A stretch of DNA of 35,343 nt from a virus: the IMG/VR virus record IMGVR_UViG_3300045988_157753; one strand, given 5' to 3'. The translations under genes and the position numbers were made by a program. Below, piece after piece: positions 25,018 through 32,055 of this stretch (position 1 is the stretch's first letter; the number at the start of each line of letters is the position of its first letter). Under the pieces are notes generated by a model. It ran no database searches, had not been told where the DNA came from, and saw only the letters and a list, made by a program, of their open reading frames with translations.

Positions 25018-25313
25018 GCTGCCGCCCCCTCAGAGCGTCTCAAGCGCTCCGTCATAGCTGCCGCCGCATCGCCTTCCAGGAAGAAAGAATACCCCGCGTT
25101 CTTGTCCAGATTCACATCCCACACAGGAGAATCCTCTCGGGCCAGCACATCCAGCATAACTCCCTTGCAGCCCTTCGCTATCGCAGGGCCGGCGCGGTGG
25201 TACAGCTGCGTATACAGCCCGTAAACCATCGCACAGATTTCAGCGGCAACCTCCATCCCACTTCCGGCAAACGTCATGGTTCTTACGCCCTTGTCAATCT
25301 TCACGTTAATCAT
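25014..25313 (-). CDS. Hypothetical early protein
   Basis: ATG 25313 lies 9 nt after AGGAGG (ATG 25322 abuts the RBS). Confidence 0.55.
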   Translation of the reverse strand: MINVKIDKGVRTMTFAGSGMEVAAEICAMVYGLYTQLYHRAGPAIAKGCKGVMLDVLAREDSPVWDVNLDKNAGYSFFLEGDAAAAMTERLRRSEGAAA

Positions 25314-26808
25314 CGTTACCATCCTCCTTTTCCACTTCCGGCAGCGCCAGCCACCGGACGACACGCACCTCGATCTTGTCTTTGCCTTTCCCAAACCGGA
25401 ACGCTTCGCCGTCCCACCGGCAGAGCGTGCGGGACACTACCTTACCGTCCCCGCTCAAGTCGAACTCCGCCACCACGTCACACGGTTCTGCCGGCGTTGT
25501 GCCGCCGGGCATCCACGCGGCAAGTGAGGTTTGACCGGACACTGCGGCCGTGGAGTTGATCTCGTCCGTCAGACCCAGCAGATAGTCCACGGAGCAGTGC
25601 AGCGTCTTGGCGTTCTTCGCGACATCATCAGCTCGCCATGGCAAAATACCCCTGCTGTAGCATTTGACTGCGCTGTCGAGTGCCGTCCCATCACTAAGCG
25701 ACCTCAAGAGCCCAACGGTTAAACTGCCGCCATAGTCATAGTGCAGTTTTACCTCGTCGCCCAGCCCCGCGGCGTCTGCCGCCCGCACAACGCGCCGAGC
25801 TTCGCTCCGAACCCTGCGGACAGCTTCGCTCTGCGCTTTCATTTCAGCCGCAGCATCGGACGCTTTCTTTTTTTCCTTCGCCTTCTCGTATTTTTCCCGC
25901 GCCTTGCTGCACATCTCCGCACAAGCAGCTCCGCAGTAGCCTGACGGGTCGTGCGCTCCGCCAGCGCGGCACTTCAGGCAGCATTTCTCACCGCCGCAGG
26001 CTTCCCAACTTTGCGCCTTGAGATCATGCCTGAAAAACTTGTCCATGTGTGTACAGGTCGACCCATCGGGGCACTTGAAAGAAACTGCAAGATATTCTCC
26101 GCGCTTAGCAGTATCGCGAATACGACCGGCGCTCGGTGTAGTCTTCGGGCAAACCCTCTTGATACGCCCCTGCACATACTCCGGGAGGCTGGACAGCGCG
26201 TCCGCCGTGTCCTCCGGCAGCGTCCCAGCCTCCCATGCGTCGCGGTAGCACGAGGCCAGCCCCTTCTGGATCTTCTCCAGCCGCGCCAGCTTGCTCTTGC
26301 TGATTTTACAAGCCTCCGCCACATGATCCCGCATCCGTCCGGGGAACTCATGCCCCTCCTCCTGCAGCTGATACAAAAGCTCACGTACCTTCTCAGCCTG
26401 CCGGGAGATCTCTGCCGAGGACAGGTCGCGGGTGCTGCTGTTGGCGTAGATCAGGCGCAGCTCCTGCAGCGCCGGGGACGCCTCGCCCCGTTCCCGGATG
26501 CAGGGCACATCCCGCAGATCCGTCCGCCCTTCCTCCACCAGCTTTCGGATGGCCGCCGTGCGCCGATGGCCGGAGACGATCACCACATGGCCGTTCTCGC
26601 CGTCACGTACCCGAATAGGCTGCTGCAGGCCGACGGTGGCGATATTGTCCGCCAGCGCATCCAGATCACTGAGCTGATAGAAGTTGTTCTGGTCTTTGTC
26701 CAGCAGATCCACGTCTATGTACTCGATCTGCTCTCGCCCGGTGTCCGGATTGGACACCGGCTGCGCCAGTGTCTTGAGGTAGTCGCCCATTTCAAACTTC
26801 TTCGCCAT
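25306..26808 (-). CDS. parB: Large ParB-family protein (ParB N-terminal domain + Cys-rich region + XRE-like HTH + DUF551-like tail)
   Basis: IEYIDVDLL...GLQQPIRVRD...VIVSGHRRTAAIRKL; later LHCSVDYLLGLTDE (HTH_3 ending); overlaps parA by 17 nt. Confidence 0.8.
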   Translation of the reverse strand: MAKKFEMGDYLKTLAQPVSNPDTGREQIEYIDVDLLDKDQNNFYQLSDLDALADNIATVGLQQPIRVRDGENGHVVIVSGHRRTAAIRKLVEEGRTDLRDVPCIRERGEASPALQELRLIYANSSTRDLSSAEISRQAEKVRELLYQLQEEGHEFPGRMRDHVAEACKISKSKLARLEKIQKGLASCYRDAWEAGTLPEDTADALSSLPEYVQGRIKRVCPKTTPSAGRIRDTAKRGEYLAVSFKCPDGSTCTHMDKFFRHDLKAQSWEACGGEKCCLKCRAGGAHDPSGYCGAACAEMCSKAREKYEKAKEKKKASDAAAEMKAQSEAVRRVRSEARRVVRAADAAGLGDEVKLHYDYGGSLTVGLLRSLSDGTALDSAVKCYSRGILPWRADDVAKNAKTLHCSVDYLLGLTDEINSTAAVSGQTSLAAWMPGGTTPAEPCDVVAEFDLSGDGKVVSRTLCRWDGEAFRFGKGKDKIEVRVVRWLALPEVEKEDGNDD

Positions 26809-27583
26809 CGTTCACGCCTCCTTCCCGCAGGTACTCCCACACCCACGCCCGATAGTCCAGCGACGCCGCGCTCCGCGGGCTGTAATCCATGACCGGCCGC
26901 CGCCGGAAGGTGCTCTCCGGCACCTTTTCCGTTCGGCGTATCACCGTGGTAAACACCGGTAAGCTCAGGCCCCGCAGCAGCGCCTCGCCCTGCCGCACCA
27001 CTTCGCTGTTGTGCCACTGGCAGATCAGGACACCCGCCACTCTGATGGCGGGGTTGGCAGACCTCATGCTGTTGATCTGCGCCGCCATGTCGCTGACGCC
27101 CCAGACGGAGAAGCCATCCACCACCATGGGGACGACCACCTCGTCCGCCGCCATCAGCGCCGCACAGCTCGCCGCCGTGAAGCCGGGAGGACAGTCAAAG
27201 ATCATGTAGTCCATGCCGTCGACCGCCGCCGCGTCACGGAAGTCCCGCAGGGAGCTGATGCTGTGGATGCTGCTTTTCAGCGCCCGCACATCCAGCCCGT
27301 ACAGGGCGCTGGATGCCGGCAGCAGCTGCACAAGGCCGCCGGCGTCCACGGGGATGGTGCTGTCGCTCCACACGGGCTCCGCCTCGCCCTCCAGCACATC
27401 CGCCACCGTGGCAGTGTTGTCCGGGTCGAGATCCGGGAAGTAGAACCGCGTCAGGCTCATCTGCCCGTCGCAGTCCACCAGAACCACCCGTCTGCCGGCC
27501 CGCCGCAGAGCGTCCGCCAGGTTGATGGCCGTGACGGTTTTCCCCACGCCGCCCTTCAAGTTCATGATCGCTATGGTTTTCAT
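26792..27583 (-). CDS. parA: ParA/Soj-family partition ATPase
   Basis: MKTIAIMNLKGGVGKTVTAINLA deviant Walker A; 263 aa. Confidence 0.9.
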   Translation of the reverse strand: MKTIAIMNLKGGVGKTVTAINLADALRRAGRRVVLVDCDGQMSLTRFYFPDLDPDNTATVADVLEGEAEPVWSDSTIPVDAGGLVQLLPASSALYGLDVRALKSSIHSISSLRDFRDAAAVDGMDYMIFDCPPGFTAASCAALMAADEVVVPMVVDGFSVWGVSDMAAQINSMRSANPAIRVAGVLICQWHNSEVVRQGEALLRGLSLPVFTTVIRRTEKVPESTFRRRPVMDYSPRSAASLDYRAWVWEYLREGGVNDGEEV

Positions 27584-27595
27584 GTTGCTCGTACC

Positions 27596-27787
27596 TCACT
27601 TTTTCGTTTTTCTGCACGGGATGCATTCCCGATACCTGTACCGTCCCGTGCTGCGTTCCACCACCGCAAAGCGGCCCTCCGGATGAACCCAGACCACCGG
27701 CGCCGCGACGCTGGGCGCCCGCAGCTCCGTGTCCTTTGCGTAACGCAGCACAAAAGGAACATATGTAACCTTGTCGCCGACCTGCAT
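27596..27787 (-). CDS. Hypothetical small protein
   Basis: 63 aa, ATG 27787 preceded by GAGGAGGG; the longer 257-aa ORF in the track overlaps dnaB out of frame and is rejected. Confidence 0.55.
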   Translation of the reverse strand: MQVGDKVTYVPFVLRYAKDTELRAPSVAAPVVWVHPEGRFAVVERSTGRYRYRECIPCRKTKK

Positions 27788-27798
27788 AGGCCCTCCTC

Positions 27799-29133
27799 TC
27801 AGAACGGCACGTCGCCGTCTTCTTTGATTTCGTGAAAGCTGACCTGCGCCGGAAGCGGCGCCGCCTTTGCCACCGGCTTCGGCATGGGGCGGAAGCTCTG
27901 GATGCGGCCCTGAAACTGCATCACCTTGTACCAGCCAGCCTGTCCGTCCTTGTTCTTGTCGCATTTCAGGACGCGCGCCCCGGAGCGGTCCTCCGGATCC
28001 TCCAGATACAGCAGGAAAATGGCGTCCGCGTCCATGGCGATCTGTCGACTCTCTCGCAGGTCGTACATGGTCGGCGCCTCGGTCTTCTTCCGCCCGGCGT
28101 CCGGCGTCAGCTGGGACAGCACCACCGCCGTGATGCCGTGCTCGTGGCTCATCCGCTGCAGGCCGCGGCTGATGGAGCTGACCTCCTCCGGACGGCTCCA
28201 GCCCCTCCGTCCGTCCGCCTCGATGAGCTGCAGGTAGTCGATGAACACCACGTCGTAGTGCCGGGACAGAGCTACGGACTGGATGTCTGCCACGGTGAAG
28301 CCGCTGCACTGCATGATCTGCAGGCCCGTCCTGCTCAGACTGGACGCCGCGTAGGCCAGCTCCTCCCACTCCTTTTCGCCCAGCTTGTTCTGCTTGATGT
28401 CGCTCAGGTCGATCATGGCCTTGGCGGACATGATGCGGTCGGCCAGCTTGGCCTTGTCCGTCTCAAAGGAGAAAAAGCCCACCCGGTACCGCTCGGCCAT
28501 CTTCATGGCCATGCCCAGAGCCAGACACGTCTTTCCGGCGCTGGGGTATCCGCCGATGACGCAGTAGTCGCCTCGGGTGGTGTATACCCGCTCGTCGATA
28601 AAGTCATAGCCCCAGCGGATGTACTCCGGCTTCTCTGTCTCCTCATGGCGGGCGGAGAAGTTCTCCCACATCTGGGTCATGTCCCAGACCTCCACGCCGG
28701 ACTTCAGACTCATGGCGGCGTTGGCCTTCTCCATCAGCTTTTCCGCCGCCGGAAGATCTTCCGTCTCCGCCAGCGCCGCGCCGATGCTCCGCAGCCGCCA
28801 CACGATGCTCTCCCGCTTGAGGATCTCCACGTAGGAGCCCACGTTGGCGCTGGTGGGCGTCACGTCCATCAGCTGCACCAACAGCTCGCCGTAGTCCTGC
28901 CCAGCGCGTTCCTTCAGCGCCGCGCCCACCGTCACGGGGTCGACCGGCTGCGCCGCCTGAAACAGCTGCCGGATGCAGCCGTACACCGTGCGGTAGACCG
29001 ACGACACGAACATAGTCTCCGACGTATCCGCCAGCACATCGGCAATGCAGTCCGCGTCGATCAGCATCGCGCCCAGCACGGCGGCCTGCGCCGTCGCCAG
29101 CCGCTGGGACTGGATCGGGGCGTCAATCGTCAT
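27799..29133 (-). CDS. dnaB: Replicative DNA helicase (DnaB family)
   Basis: N-terminal AQAAVLGAMLID; Walker A GGYPSAGKTCLALG; ATGA overlap with the initiator gene. Confidence 0.9.
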   Translation of the reverse strand: MTIDAPIQSQRLATAQAAVLGAMLIDADCIADVLADTSETMFVSSVYRTVYGCIRQLFQAAQPVDPVTVGAALKERAGQDYGELLVQLMDVTPTSANVGSYVEILKRESIVWRLRSIGAALAETEDLPAAEKLMEKANAAMSLKSGVEVWDMTQMWENFSARHEETEKPEYIRWGYDFIDERVYTTRGDYCVIGGYPSAGKTCLALGMAMKMAERYRVGFFSFETDKAKLADRIMSAKAMIDLSDIKQNKLGEKEWEELAYAASSLSRTGLQIMQCSGFTVADIQSVALSRHYDVVFIDYLQLIEADGRRGWSRPEEVSSISRGLQRMSHEHGITAVVLSQLTPDAGRKKTEAPTMYDLRESRQIAMDADAIFLLYLEDPEDRSGARVLKCDKNKDGQAGWYKVMQFQGRIQSFRPMPKPVAKAAPLPAQVSFHEIKEDGDVPF

Positions 29134-29909
29134 ATCTCGTAGTCACCCTTCCTTTCCTGCACACGGCTATCCGGGCGCGGCTGCGTCTCCTGCGGAATCT
29201 CCGGCATTTCCAGCACGCCGCCGTTACGGCGGATGCCGTTGAGCCAGACAGAGACCGTCTTGACGCCGTAGCCTCTGGCGTACTGATTGTCGTATTTCAG
29301 TTTCGCCTTGAGCCACACACCCATGGTATCGATCAGCTCGGGGGAAGGCCTCAGCGCGTTCCATGCGCGCCGGGCTTCGCTCTTGTCGCCCTTGCTGGTA
29401 GACGTGCCGTCCGCCTTCCGGATCTCCGGGTAGAACTTCCAGAGCCCCTCAAACCGTTCCGGCTCCCATTCCGCCTTTTTCCGGGTCTTTCCCCCTTGGG
29501 GGGTAAGGGGGGTATTATTATAATTATCTGTTCTTATATTGTGGGGGGTCGACTTTTTTGCCGACACCCCCCCGACTTTTTTGCCGAGAGGGGTCTCGGC
29601 ATTTTTGCCGACACCCCTTGTGCAAACACCGGCGAAAATCCGCCGCTCGCTGCCGGTGGCCGTAGGAACCATCTCCACCGTCAGATAGCCCGCGTCCCGG
29701 AGCTTCCGGATCAGCCGCGTCACCGTGTCCGCCGACCATCCGTACAGCTCCGCGAAGTAGTCGTTCTTCGCCCAGCAGAAGCCCTTCCGGTCGCACAGCG
29801 CGGAGATCTCGCCGTACAGCAGCTTCGCGTTGGCAGGGAGGCGGTCGTCGTACCGCACGGGGGCCGGGATGACGCCCCAATAGGCGGGCTGTTCAATTTT
29901 TTTGCTCAT
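29130..29909 (-). CDS. Replication initiator / replisome organizer (winged-helix N-terminus, DnaD-like C-terminus)
   Basis: NDYFAELYGWSADTVTRLIRKLRDAGYL; FEGLWKFYPEIRK...ARRAWNAL; ATG 29909 preceded by AAGGGGGTAAGGA (29957 is an alternative start); iterons inside the gene. Confidence 0.75.
   Translation of the reverse strand: MSKKIEQPAYWGVIPAPVRYDDRLPANAKLLYGEISALCDRKGFCWAKNDYFAELYGWSADTVTRLIRKLRDAGYLTVEMVPTATGSERRIFAGVCTRGVGKNAETPLGKKVGGVSAKKSTPHNIRTDNYNNTPLTPQGGKTRKKAEWEPERFEGLWKFYPEIRKADGTSTSKGDKSEARRAWNALRPSPELIDTMGVWLKAKLKYDNQYARGYGVKTVSVWLNGIRRNGGVLEMPEIPQETQPRPDSRVQERKGDYEI
29513..29617. other. Candidate origin of replication inside the initiator gene: AT-rich block + three TTTTTGCCGA iterons
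   Basis: 29513-29542 TATTATTATAATTATCTGTTCTTATATTGT; GACTTTTTTGCCGA at 29551 and 29574, TTTTTGCCGACACCCC at 29602; flanked by G/C runs; CCGAGA-GGGG-TCTCGG hairpin 29584-29599. Confidence 0.55.
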
Positions 29910-29925
29910 GGCAGTCCTTACCCCC

Positions 29926-29954
29926 TTGTAAAAGCCTCCAGGCTCTGGTATAAT
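29926..29954 (+). promoter_or_regulatory. Near-consensus plus-strand promoter inside the minus-strand early operon: -35 TTGTAA, 17 nt, TGg-TATAAT
   Basis: TTGTAA 29926-29931, spacer 29932-29948, extended -10 TG at 29946-29947, TATAAT 29949-29954. Confidence 0.65.
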
Positions 29955-30109
29955 CATCTTGCTCGTATGAAGCGCGTGCGCTTCAACTCACTGAACCGCT
30001 TTCTGGCTCCACCCAGAGGGCGGTTCTTTTTTTGCGCCTTGCCGCAGCCGTCCACCCAGCGGACGACGGCCGCCGCACCGGCTGCCGCGCAGATGTACTG
30101 CACCGCCAT
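29954..30109 (-). CDS. Possible 51-aa small protein upstream of the initiator gene (weak)
   Basis: ATG 30109, MAVQYICAAAGAAAVVRWV... then basic tail; weak RBS; fully antisense to the candidate sRNA; may simply be 5' UTR. Confidence 0.25.
   Translation of the reverse strand: MAVQYICAAAGAAAVVRWVDGCGKAQKKNRPLGGARKRFSELKRTRFIRAR
29961..30033 (+). ncRNA. Candidate antisense small RNA (about 73 nt), OOP-like
   Basis: Starts about 7 nt after the TATAAT; hairpin GAAGCGC-GT-GCGCTTC (29970-29985); terminator stem GAACCGC/GCGGTTC (29993-29999 / 30020-30026, inner TCTGG/CCAGA) followed by T7 (30027-30033). Confidence 0.55.
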
Positions 30110-30116
30110 TGCCCAG

Positions 30117-30392
30117 CTATCCACAGATCACACCTCCCTCCGGCGTATCCAGCGGCATGAAGCGGATATCGGTGTAATATTTCTTCCAGCGGGCGGGATC
30201 CTCGATGCCGCCGCCCGAGCGGAAGAAGTAGAACTTCTTGGTGGAAGGATCCGTCGGATCCGTGTCGAAGCACCCAACCCGGTAAGTGGCGTCCTTGTAG
30301 AAACTCAGCGTGCCTGTCCGCACCACCACCAGCTCGCCCGCCTTGGGCCGCGAATCGGCATGCCGAAGATCTAACCAGTGCCATGTTGTCAC
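30117..30392 (-). CDS. Hypothetical early protein
   Basis: GTG 30392 preceded by GAGGAGGTGG; 91 aa; the longer 133-aa ORF start overlaps the upstream gene and is rejected. Confidence 0.6.
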   Translation of the reverse strand: MTTWHWLDLRHADSRPKAGELVVVRTGTLSFYKDATYRVGCFDTDPTDPSTKKFYFFRSGGGIEDPARWKKYYTDIRFMPLDTPEGGVICG

Positions 30393-30405
30393 GCTCGCCA
30401 CCTCC

Positions 30406-30654
30406 TCAGCACGCCTTTGCCCAGACCGCGAACAGCTCGTCCTTGGGGATGCGCGCCGCCTTGGCGATAGCCGCGATCTCCTTTCCGGAGCAGCTGGGCA
30501 GGTCCTTGATCCGGGCATAGATGGTGCTGCGGCTCATGCCCGCCGCCCGCGCCATGCCGTCCAGACCGCCGTGCAGGGCGTAGGCCTGCGCCTTGATGCG
30601 GACCGCCATGTCCTTGGCGGCGTCCTTCTTCGCGCTCAAAATCGTCCGGGGCAT
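30406..30654 (-). CDS. Small HTH protein
   Basis: GMSRSTIYARIKDL HTH-like segment; ATG 30654 in TGATG junction, 7 nt after GAGGAGG. Confidence 0.6.
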   Translation of the reverse strand: MPRTILSAKKDAAKDMAVRIKAQAYALHGGLDGMARAAGMSRSTIYARIKDLPSCSGKEIAAIAKAARIPKDELFAVWAKAC

Positions 30655-31103
30655 CACTGCACCTCCTCTGCGTACTGCAAGGCCAGTGCGGCCTGCACGA
30701 TATCCCCCAGCTCGCAGGTGATCTCCTCGAAAAGCGCCCGCTCGCCGTCGCTGATGACGCCGTCCTCGGCGATCTCCATCAGCTGGTCACTGCGGTGCGC
30801 CTCCGCGAAGCGCATCACCCGCCGCACCAGCTTGATCACCGCCACCGGCAGCGGCTCCGGCCGCGCCTCCTGCACGCAATCCGGCAGCAGCGCCGTCTTG
30901 AGCTGCAGGTGCTGCAAGCCCAGATACTGCACGTTGTACACCGCGCACATCCGCGCCACGATGTCGTCGCCCGGCAGCCGCTCTCCGGACTCGTAGGCGC
31001 GTATGCTGGTGTCGCTGACCGCCAGCCGCTCCGCTGCGGCCTCCTGCGTCAGACCCGCCGCTTTCCGGGCGGTCTGGTAGATGTTTCCGCCGTCCCTTGC
31101 CAT
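30654..31103 (-). CDS. XRE-family transcriptional regulator with C-terminal helical domain
   Basis: ARKAAGLTQEAAAERLAVSDTSIRAYESGERLP; ATG 31103 preceded by AAAGGAGGAG (the track's TTG start at 31109 is less likely). Confidence 0.8.
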   Translation of the reverse strand: MARDGGNIYQTARKAAGLTQEAAAERLAVSDTSIRAYESGERLPGDDIVARMCAVYNVQYLGLQHLQLKTALLPDCVQEARPEPLPVAVIKLVRRVMRFAEAHRSDQLMEIAEDGVISDGERALFEEITCELGDIVQAALALQYAEEVQ

Positions 31104-31135
31104 GGACAACTCCTCCTTTCTCCGCTATGCTGGTC

Positions 31136-31327
31136 TTAGTGAGCAGCGTCGCTCATCAGCTCCGTCTCTGTACACTGCAAGATCGCGCACAGCATGGCGC
31201 GGTGCTTCTTGCAGGGCGTCGCCTTGCCTCGCTCCCAATAGCTGATCGCAGACCGGTCGACGTTCAGCTTGTCCGCCAGCGCCTCCTGCGTCATGCCGGT
31301 GCGCTCGCGGTACTCCTTGATCCGCAC
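31136..31327 (-). CDS. Cro-like XRE-family HTH regulator
   Basis: IKEYRERTGMTQEALADKLNVDRSAISYWERGK; first gene of the leftward operon; GTG 31327 preceded by GAGGTG (GTG 31336 is an alternative). Confidence 0.8.
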   Translation of the reverse strand: MRIKEYRERTGMTQEALADKLNVDRSAISYWERGKATPCKKHRAMLCAILQCTETELMSDAAH

Positions 31328-31344
31328 TTGATTCACCTCTGTTC

Positions 31345-31356
31345 GTGAAATTTCAC
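31345..31356. promoter_or_regulatory. Operator-like perfect palindrome GTGAAATTTCAC in the divergent control region
   Basis: Lies between the cro-like start and the -35 of the plus-strand promoter; shares the GAAATTTC core with sites at 32010-32027 and 32038-32055. Confidence 0.55.
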
Positions 31357-31357
31357 C

Positions 31358-31386
31358 TTGCGCGCCGGAAAAAAGGGTGGTATAGT
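31358..31386 (+). promoter_or_regulatory. Plus-strand promoter of the lysogeny module: -35 TTGCGC, 17 nt, TGg-TATAGT
   Basis: TTGCGC 31358-31363, spacer 31364-31380, TATAGT 31381-31386 with TG at 31378-31379. Confidence 0.55.
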
Positions 31387-31488
31387 GTTCATGTCAGCAA
31401 ACAACTACACACCCGTTTTTCCGAGGGGGATACAACCTGCGCAAGACCCAGTGGAAACCCTCAACTTTTTGAACGCAAAGGGAAAGAC

Positions 31489-31881
31489 ATGAAAAACGAC
31501 AGTCAGATCACCGCCTGCGACGCCAAGGTGCTGCGCTACTTCCGCAAGCATGGCCCCGCGCCAACCGCTGACGCTAAAAAGGCGCTTGCAGATGTCAGCT
31601 CAGTCGGACACCGCATCGTCGCGCTGGCTCATCCCGATGCCGCGCTTCTCTCCGAAGACGTGGACACCGATCTGTCGGCAACGCGGGCGCTCCATCAGGG
31701 CCTCGGCGTCTACCGCATCACGCCCAAGGGCGAGATTGCGCTGGACGACTACCTTGCGGAGCGAAAGCGGTACTGGAAGGAGCTTCTGCTGAAAAGCCTG
31801 TGGTTCCCTATCGCAGTATCGTTTGCAACTGCCTTACTAACAACACTGTTAACACTGATGTTAACAAGGCAGTTACGATAG
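31489..31881 (+). CDS. C-terminally membrane-anchored protein (lysogeny module, function unknown)
   Basis: ATG 31489 after GGGAAAGAC; 130 aa; soluble N-terminal domain, C-terminal TM WFPIAVSFATALLTTLLTLML. Confidence 0.65.
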   Translation: MKNDSQITACDAKVLRYFRKHGPAPTADAKKALADVSSVGHRIVALAHPDAALLSEDVDTDLSATRALHQGLGVYRITPKGEIALDDYLAERKRYWKELLLKSLWFPIAVSFATALLTTLLTLMLTRQLR

Positions 31882-31963
31882 AAAGCGCGATCTGGACGAC
31901 AAGGATCATCCACACGTCGCAGTCTTCCAGCTTCTCGACCAGCCAGTCCGAAAACCGTCGCAT
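31808..31963 (-). CDS. Unannotated 51-aa membrane peptide (MRRFSDWLVEKLEDCDVWMILVVQIALSIVTALLTSVLTVLLVRQLQTILR)
   Basis: ATG 31963 preceded by GAGGGAGGTGG plus 4 nt; own promoter 32004-32032; below the 60-aa cutoff of the ORF track; 3' 74 nt overlap the convergent 31489-31881 gene. Confidence 0.5.
   Translation of the reverse strand: MRRFSDWLVEKLEDCDVWMILVVQIALSIVTALLTSVLTVLLVRQLQTILR
31827..31874. repeat. 48-bp imperfect palindrome centred on GTTAAC (20 of 24 positions pair)
   Basis: AACTGCCTTACTAACAACACTGTTAAC / GTTAACACTGATGTTAACAAGGCAGTT; encodes TM helices in both convergent ORFs; possible bidirectional terminator/processing hairpin. Confidence 0.7.
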
Positions 31964-32003
31964 TTTTCCACCTCCCTCTCGTTCTCACCTGAGGGACAAG
32001 CCA

Positions 32004-32032
32004 ATCATAAATGAGAAATTTCTCATTGTCAA
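32004..32032 (-). promoter_or_regulatory. Near-consensus minus-strand promoter: -35 TTGACA, 17 nt, -10 TATGAT, operator in the spacer
   Basis: Minus strand reads TTGACAatgagaaatttctcattTATGAT (32032-32004). Confidence 0.7.
32010..32027. promoter_or_regulatory. 18-bp perfect palindrome AATGAGAAATTTCTCATT (operator candidate)
   Basis: Fills the spacer of promoter 32004-32032. Confidence 0.65.
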
Positions 32033-32037
32033 TACAA

Positions 32038-32055
32038 AATGCGAAATTTCTTATT
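32038..32055. promoter_or_regulatory. Degenerate second copy of the operator (AATGCGAAATTTCTTATT)
   Basis: Two differences from the 32010-32027 site; centres 28 bp apart. Confidence 0.5.

Noticed and set aside
24532-25325. Two gene junctions with similar sequence (GATGGTAAYGAYGAYTRA, both proteins ending in GNDD, both followed by an overlapping start)
   Set aside because: The match is only about 17 nt with several mismatches. It may reflect module-boundary recombination, but there are too few copies and too little identity to support a claim.
27596-28369. Longest-ORF N-terminal extensions in the track (27596-28369, 30117-30518, 22003-22887, 18532-19254, 14904-15761, 3493-4776 and others)
   Set aside because: The extensions overlap the preceding gene out of frame and are Arg/Pro/Gly-rich. 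Internal starts with good RBS or ATGA/TGATG coupling were preferred.
31328-31440. Leftward early (PR-like) promoter for the cro-like gene
   Set aside because: The candidate hexamers (for example TATACC with poor -35 options) are weak. I could not support a specific call, so it is left unannotated.
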